Below are positions 60,401 through 64,000 of a DNA stretch of 64,000 nucleotides, one piece after another (the stretch's first letter is position 1; the number at the start of each line of letters is the position of its first letter). This stretch comes from Salpingoeca rosetta. Its lineage: Eukaryota; Protista; Choanoflagellata. Both the position numbers and the translations under genes were made by a program. The stretch covers positions 776,885 to 840,884 of the forward strand of contig JAWQFM010000013.1 in assembly GCA_033442325.1 (NCBI GenBank), given 5' to 3'. The notes under the pieces are model-generated. The model was given only the letters and a program-made list of their open reading frames with translations. It did not search any database and had not been told where the DNA came from.

Positions 60401-63400
60401 CTTCGCCAACGTTCACCTGTGACGCAGAGCGCATGAGGATGCCGTGCTCGTTGTTGCCGCTGGCTGCAAGCACACTTCGCTGCCCACCAGACGGCGCGCC
60501 ACCGGAGTAGGTCCCACCGCCCGTCTGGTAATTGCCCTCGTAATAGTAGTACTCCTCGTAGTAGTATTCGCCGCTGGTGCTGCCCGAGCTCTCGCCGGCA
60601 AGGGTTCCGATGGTGGTGCCGGTTGCACCCATGAGCACAATGCCGCTGCCTCTGTTTGGGATGCGGCGCGTGCCTTCCAAGTTGATGCCAAAGTGGCCCG
60701 CCCTGAACTTGGTGCCCACGCAGCGGTCCACAACACCAGCCTGTTCGTTGCCGGAGACGACGTTGACGGTGACATTCGTCCTGCCGTCCTGCGTGTAGCG
60801 CTGGTACGCGTGCTCAAACACGACGCCCGCGCAGTCTGCAAGCTCCACGCCGTTGCCCTTGTTGCCGGCACGCAGGTCACCAGAGGCGTCGGTGCCAATG
60901 CGGTTGCCAGCAAACGCCGTGTTGTTGGAGTGCTGCACACTCACGCCAAACATGTTGTTGTCGGCGATGGTGTTGTTGAGCACCACGGCGTCGTTGGAGT
61001 CCACCAGGAGCACGCCGCCGCCCTGGTTGCCGCGCGAGGTGAGGGTCAGCTTGCTCAGGCTCACGCCAAGCCCAATGAAGTTGTGCTGCACGCGACAGCT
61101 GGCGCAGCGGAGGAAGCTGACGCCCTCGCCCCCGTTGGCTGCAATGGCGTTGCCGACGGGGAACGGGAACACGGCGGCAGCGGCCGGGTAGTCGGGCGAC
61201 GGCACATGCACGCCGCTGTCGCTGGTGCCGAGGGGGTAGTCTGGCTCGCCAATCTCGATGCTGCTCGAGTCAACGACGTGCACGCCGGCAACTTGGTTCG
61301 GCAGCTCACGTCGCCCGTCAGCGGCGAGGCCAATGGCGCTGCCTTGCACAGAGACGAACTGCACGCTCTCCATGTACACGCCGTACCGGGCATTGCCGCT
61401 GATGACGTTGTAGCCCTTGATGCCGAGGCCTTGCGTGCCGTTGTCGACGCGAATGCCGTCCCAGTTGGGCAGGGCGTTGGCACCCGAGACGTCTGTACCG
61501 ATGAGGTTGTTGCTGATGCCAAAGAAGTACGGGTAGGAGAGGAAGCTGAGACGGATGCCCGCAACCCCAAAGCCGGCAATGACGTTGCCAAAGAGGTAGG
61601 CGCCGTCGCCGCCACCCGACGCGTCCATGTGGATGCCAACAGCGCCGCCGTGCGTGGACTGGGCCAGGCTCTCGCTGCCGTTGAAGTCGAAGGACGTGGC
61701 GAGGGCATTACGGCGGCGGCGGAACCCGGCAGTGTTGTCCGACACCAAGGTTGCATCGCCGTCGACACTCACGCCAACGTAGTTGTTCTCGATCACGGCG
61801 CGGCCAGAGGTGAGGACGGCAACGTCGAGCCCATACACGAGGTTTGGCGCCTCGCTCCCCACGCCCACCAGCGCGTCGTCCACGTTCTGGGTGACGTTCA
61901 CGCCAATGGCGCAGCCGGAGATGGCGGTGATGCCGTCCGTGTCAACGCAGATGCTGCTGCCATACACGCGGACAGAGGTGTCATCCGGCAACTCCAGGCT
62001 CGCCACGTACTGGAAGTAGCAGTCGACAACAACGCCCGTGTTCGCAGCAATGACGTTGCCGCCACTCAGGACGATGTCGGCAACGCCGCCAGTGACGTCC
62101 ACACCGCGCATCACGCCCACCTGCGACTCCGTGGTGGGGGCAGGCAAGTCCGCGGCCATGCCAGCGCCCACGATGGTGTTGTCTCTGACGGCGCCGACAA
62201 ACGAGTTCTGCAGGCGCAGGAGCGCCGTTGCCTCCACCGCAGAGATGACGTTGAAGGTGACGGTGAAGGTGGTTGTGTCTGAGATGCGCACCACTTCTTC
62301 GGCGGTGGTGTACGTGGAGCCGTCGAAGGAGCGCCGTGTACGCTCGCCCGTCTCTGGCAGGATGCCGAGGCCAATGTAGTTGGCTGCGATGGACACCGTC
62401 TTGGATGACGACACGGCCACCTCCGCAGCGCAGAGCGTGTCTGAGAGCACGTTGGCGCGCGGGTACGGCACGGTGGGCAGGGCGGCGTCTGCTGCGTTGC
62501 CCATGTCCACGTTCTCGCACTCGCTGATGCTGATGCCGATGAAGGTAGACGTCTGCTGGCCCGTCTGCCCCGCAACGCCAGCGGTGGCGGTGGAGGTGAA
62601 GGCGTTGTTGTAGACGGTGATCATGCGAGAGCGGGCCAGGTACAGGTGCGCCTGCATGTACAGGGCGTTGCCGTTGAATGTGTTGCCCAGGGGGCCAATG
62701 CCTCCAATGGTGATGTCGTGCGAGTCCTCCACAGCCATGTTGTGGACGCCGTTGAAGTTGGTGTCGTCACCAAACACGCACGTGTACACGGACACGTCAC
62801 CACAGCCGGCGCCCACGCTGATGCCCGCCTGTGCGTTGGAGTGGAACGAGGCGCCCTGGATAACGGCGCGGTACGTGTAGGTGAGCGAGATGCCAGACTG
62901 CGCGTTGCCGCCACCGCTGGGAGCTGCCGTTGTCGTTGTTGTTGTTGACGTGGTTGTCGTGCGGGTTGTCGTTGTTTGCGTGGGCGTGGAGCCGCTGGCA
63001 GGGGAGGAGGTTGGAGGCCCCGCTGTTGTTGTTGTTGTTGTTGTCGTCGTCGTCGTTGTGGTGGTGGTGGTTGCGTCGCCTGTTGAGGGTGGCACCTCTG
63101 TGGGAGGGGAGACGTTCGCTGGCTCTCCAAACACGCCGCCGGTGACGGTGAGCTGGATGGTGTTGGAGCCAGCGAGACCGTTGCCATCACAGCCCACGGC
63201 CTGGCAGTCGGACAGGGTGACGTACGTCGCGTTGTGTACGACGATGCCGTCGCCGAACGAATCGTACACGCGCACGCGCTCGAGCGTGTGGAAGCCGCCC
63301 GACACGTAGACACCGCGGGAAGGGCGATAGACGTCCACGTCACGCAGGACCGCGCCTGACGCAAGGTTGGTGATGTGCACGCCCTCGTCGCAGTCCTGCA

Positions 63401-63668
63401 TCAGCACGCTTTCGATGGTGGTGCGCGGGGTGTATGTGACGACCGCGTCTGTGAATCCTTCCATGACGATTCCCGTGAGGGTGAAGGGCCCCGTGAAGAC
63501 GCGAAAGCCGTCGTACTGCGAGCTGGCGTACATGATGAGGCGCGTCTGGGACTCTGCGCGGATGGTGACGGGGGAGGTGATGGGTGGGAAGGACGACTCA
63601 AACTCAATCAGCTCCTGCTGCAGCACAATCTCGTTGTGGTCGCAGTTGCTGTTGGCCATCTCGATTGC
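55196..63668 (-). CDS. Receptor tyrosine kinase (5' end beyond window): parallel beta-helix repeats, LRRs, Cys-rich repeats, TM, TK domain, long Tyr-motif tail
   Basis: Exons 63668-57478 and 57119-55196. TM IGAIVGAIAAVAAVIVLIVLYV. Kinase motifs LGAGEFGVV, VAIK, HRDLAARN, DFG, YYR, PVKW|MAPES, DVWSFG. Confidence 0.93.
55820..56005 (-). repeat. 51-bp coding tandem repeat (KQVEERDYLEPVPARKS) in the RTK tail
   Basis: ggctccaagtagtcgcgttcc recurs at 55830, 55881 and 55932, with a variant at 55983. Confidence 0.95.
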
Positions 63669-63837
63669 CTGATGAAACGACAGGGCTGTGTTTGTGGCAG
63701 GGGGGGGGGACGGGTGGACATGTGAGGGGAGATTCAGGGTGACACGTGCGTGGGTGGAGTGATGCAATGCATGGATGCAGTCGTGATGCGGGTGCCAGAT
63801 GCATGGACGCGCACACATGCATACACTCATGCGTGCG

Positions 63838-64000
63838 TACATACATGCACACATACAGACACACAGACAGGCAGACAGACGGACATGCAGACATACATAC
63901 ATACATACACACACACATACATACATACATACATACATACATACATACGTACATACATACATACATACATACATACATACATACATACATACACACACAC
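63838..64000. repeat. Intronic (TACA)n / (CA)n microsatellite
   Basis: Directly visible. Confidence 0.9.

Noticed and set aside
57384-63998. 2204-aa ORF as the complete protein
   Set aside because: Both ends run into intronic microsatellites. The true exon is 57478-63668, spliced to 57119-55196.

Overview
This is intron-dense eukaryotic DNA of about 55-60% GC, saturated with (CA)n/(GT)n microsatellites and containing two N gaps. The style and gene content suggest a choanoflagellate (Salpingoeca-like; this is inference). Ten spliced genes were reconstructed by hand. In order: (1) a type I membrane protein with Cys-rich and DUF5011/HYR-like repeats (-, 3' end off window); (2) COP9 subunit CSN8 (-), head-to-head with (3) a Sos7/Kre28/Zwint-like kinetochore protein (+); (4) inversin (-), head-to-head with (5) a CCDC15-like protein (+); (6) a type I inositol 5-phosphatase (+); (7) an all-ankyrin gene built from about 30 one-repeat, phase-0 exons (+); (8) Nup107 (+); (9) NCA2/DGS1 (-), head-to-head with (10) an orphan D-box protein (+). 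An eleventh gene, partial, is a receptor tyrosine kinase with a bacterial-type beta-helix, LRR and Cys-rich ectodomain (-, 5' end off window). The most unusual element is a ~680-bp compositionally foreign, non-coding segment (~34291-34970) that breaks an ankyrin exon. By hand it folds on the + strand into a nested, branched structure with 12-13 bp helices, G-U pairs and a GAAA tetraloop, making it a candidate unclassified large structured RNA or mobile RNA element. Also notable: the DARPin-like modular ankyrin locus (with an internal duplication, dead exons and flanking direct repeats) and a strand-aware 5'-(GU)n...(CA)n-3' intron architecture. All family calls come from recalled motifs, not database searches.
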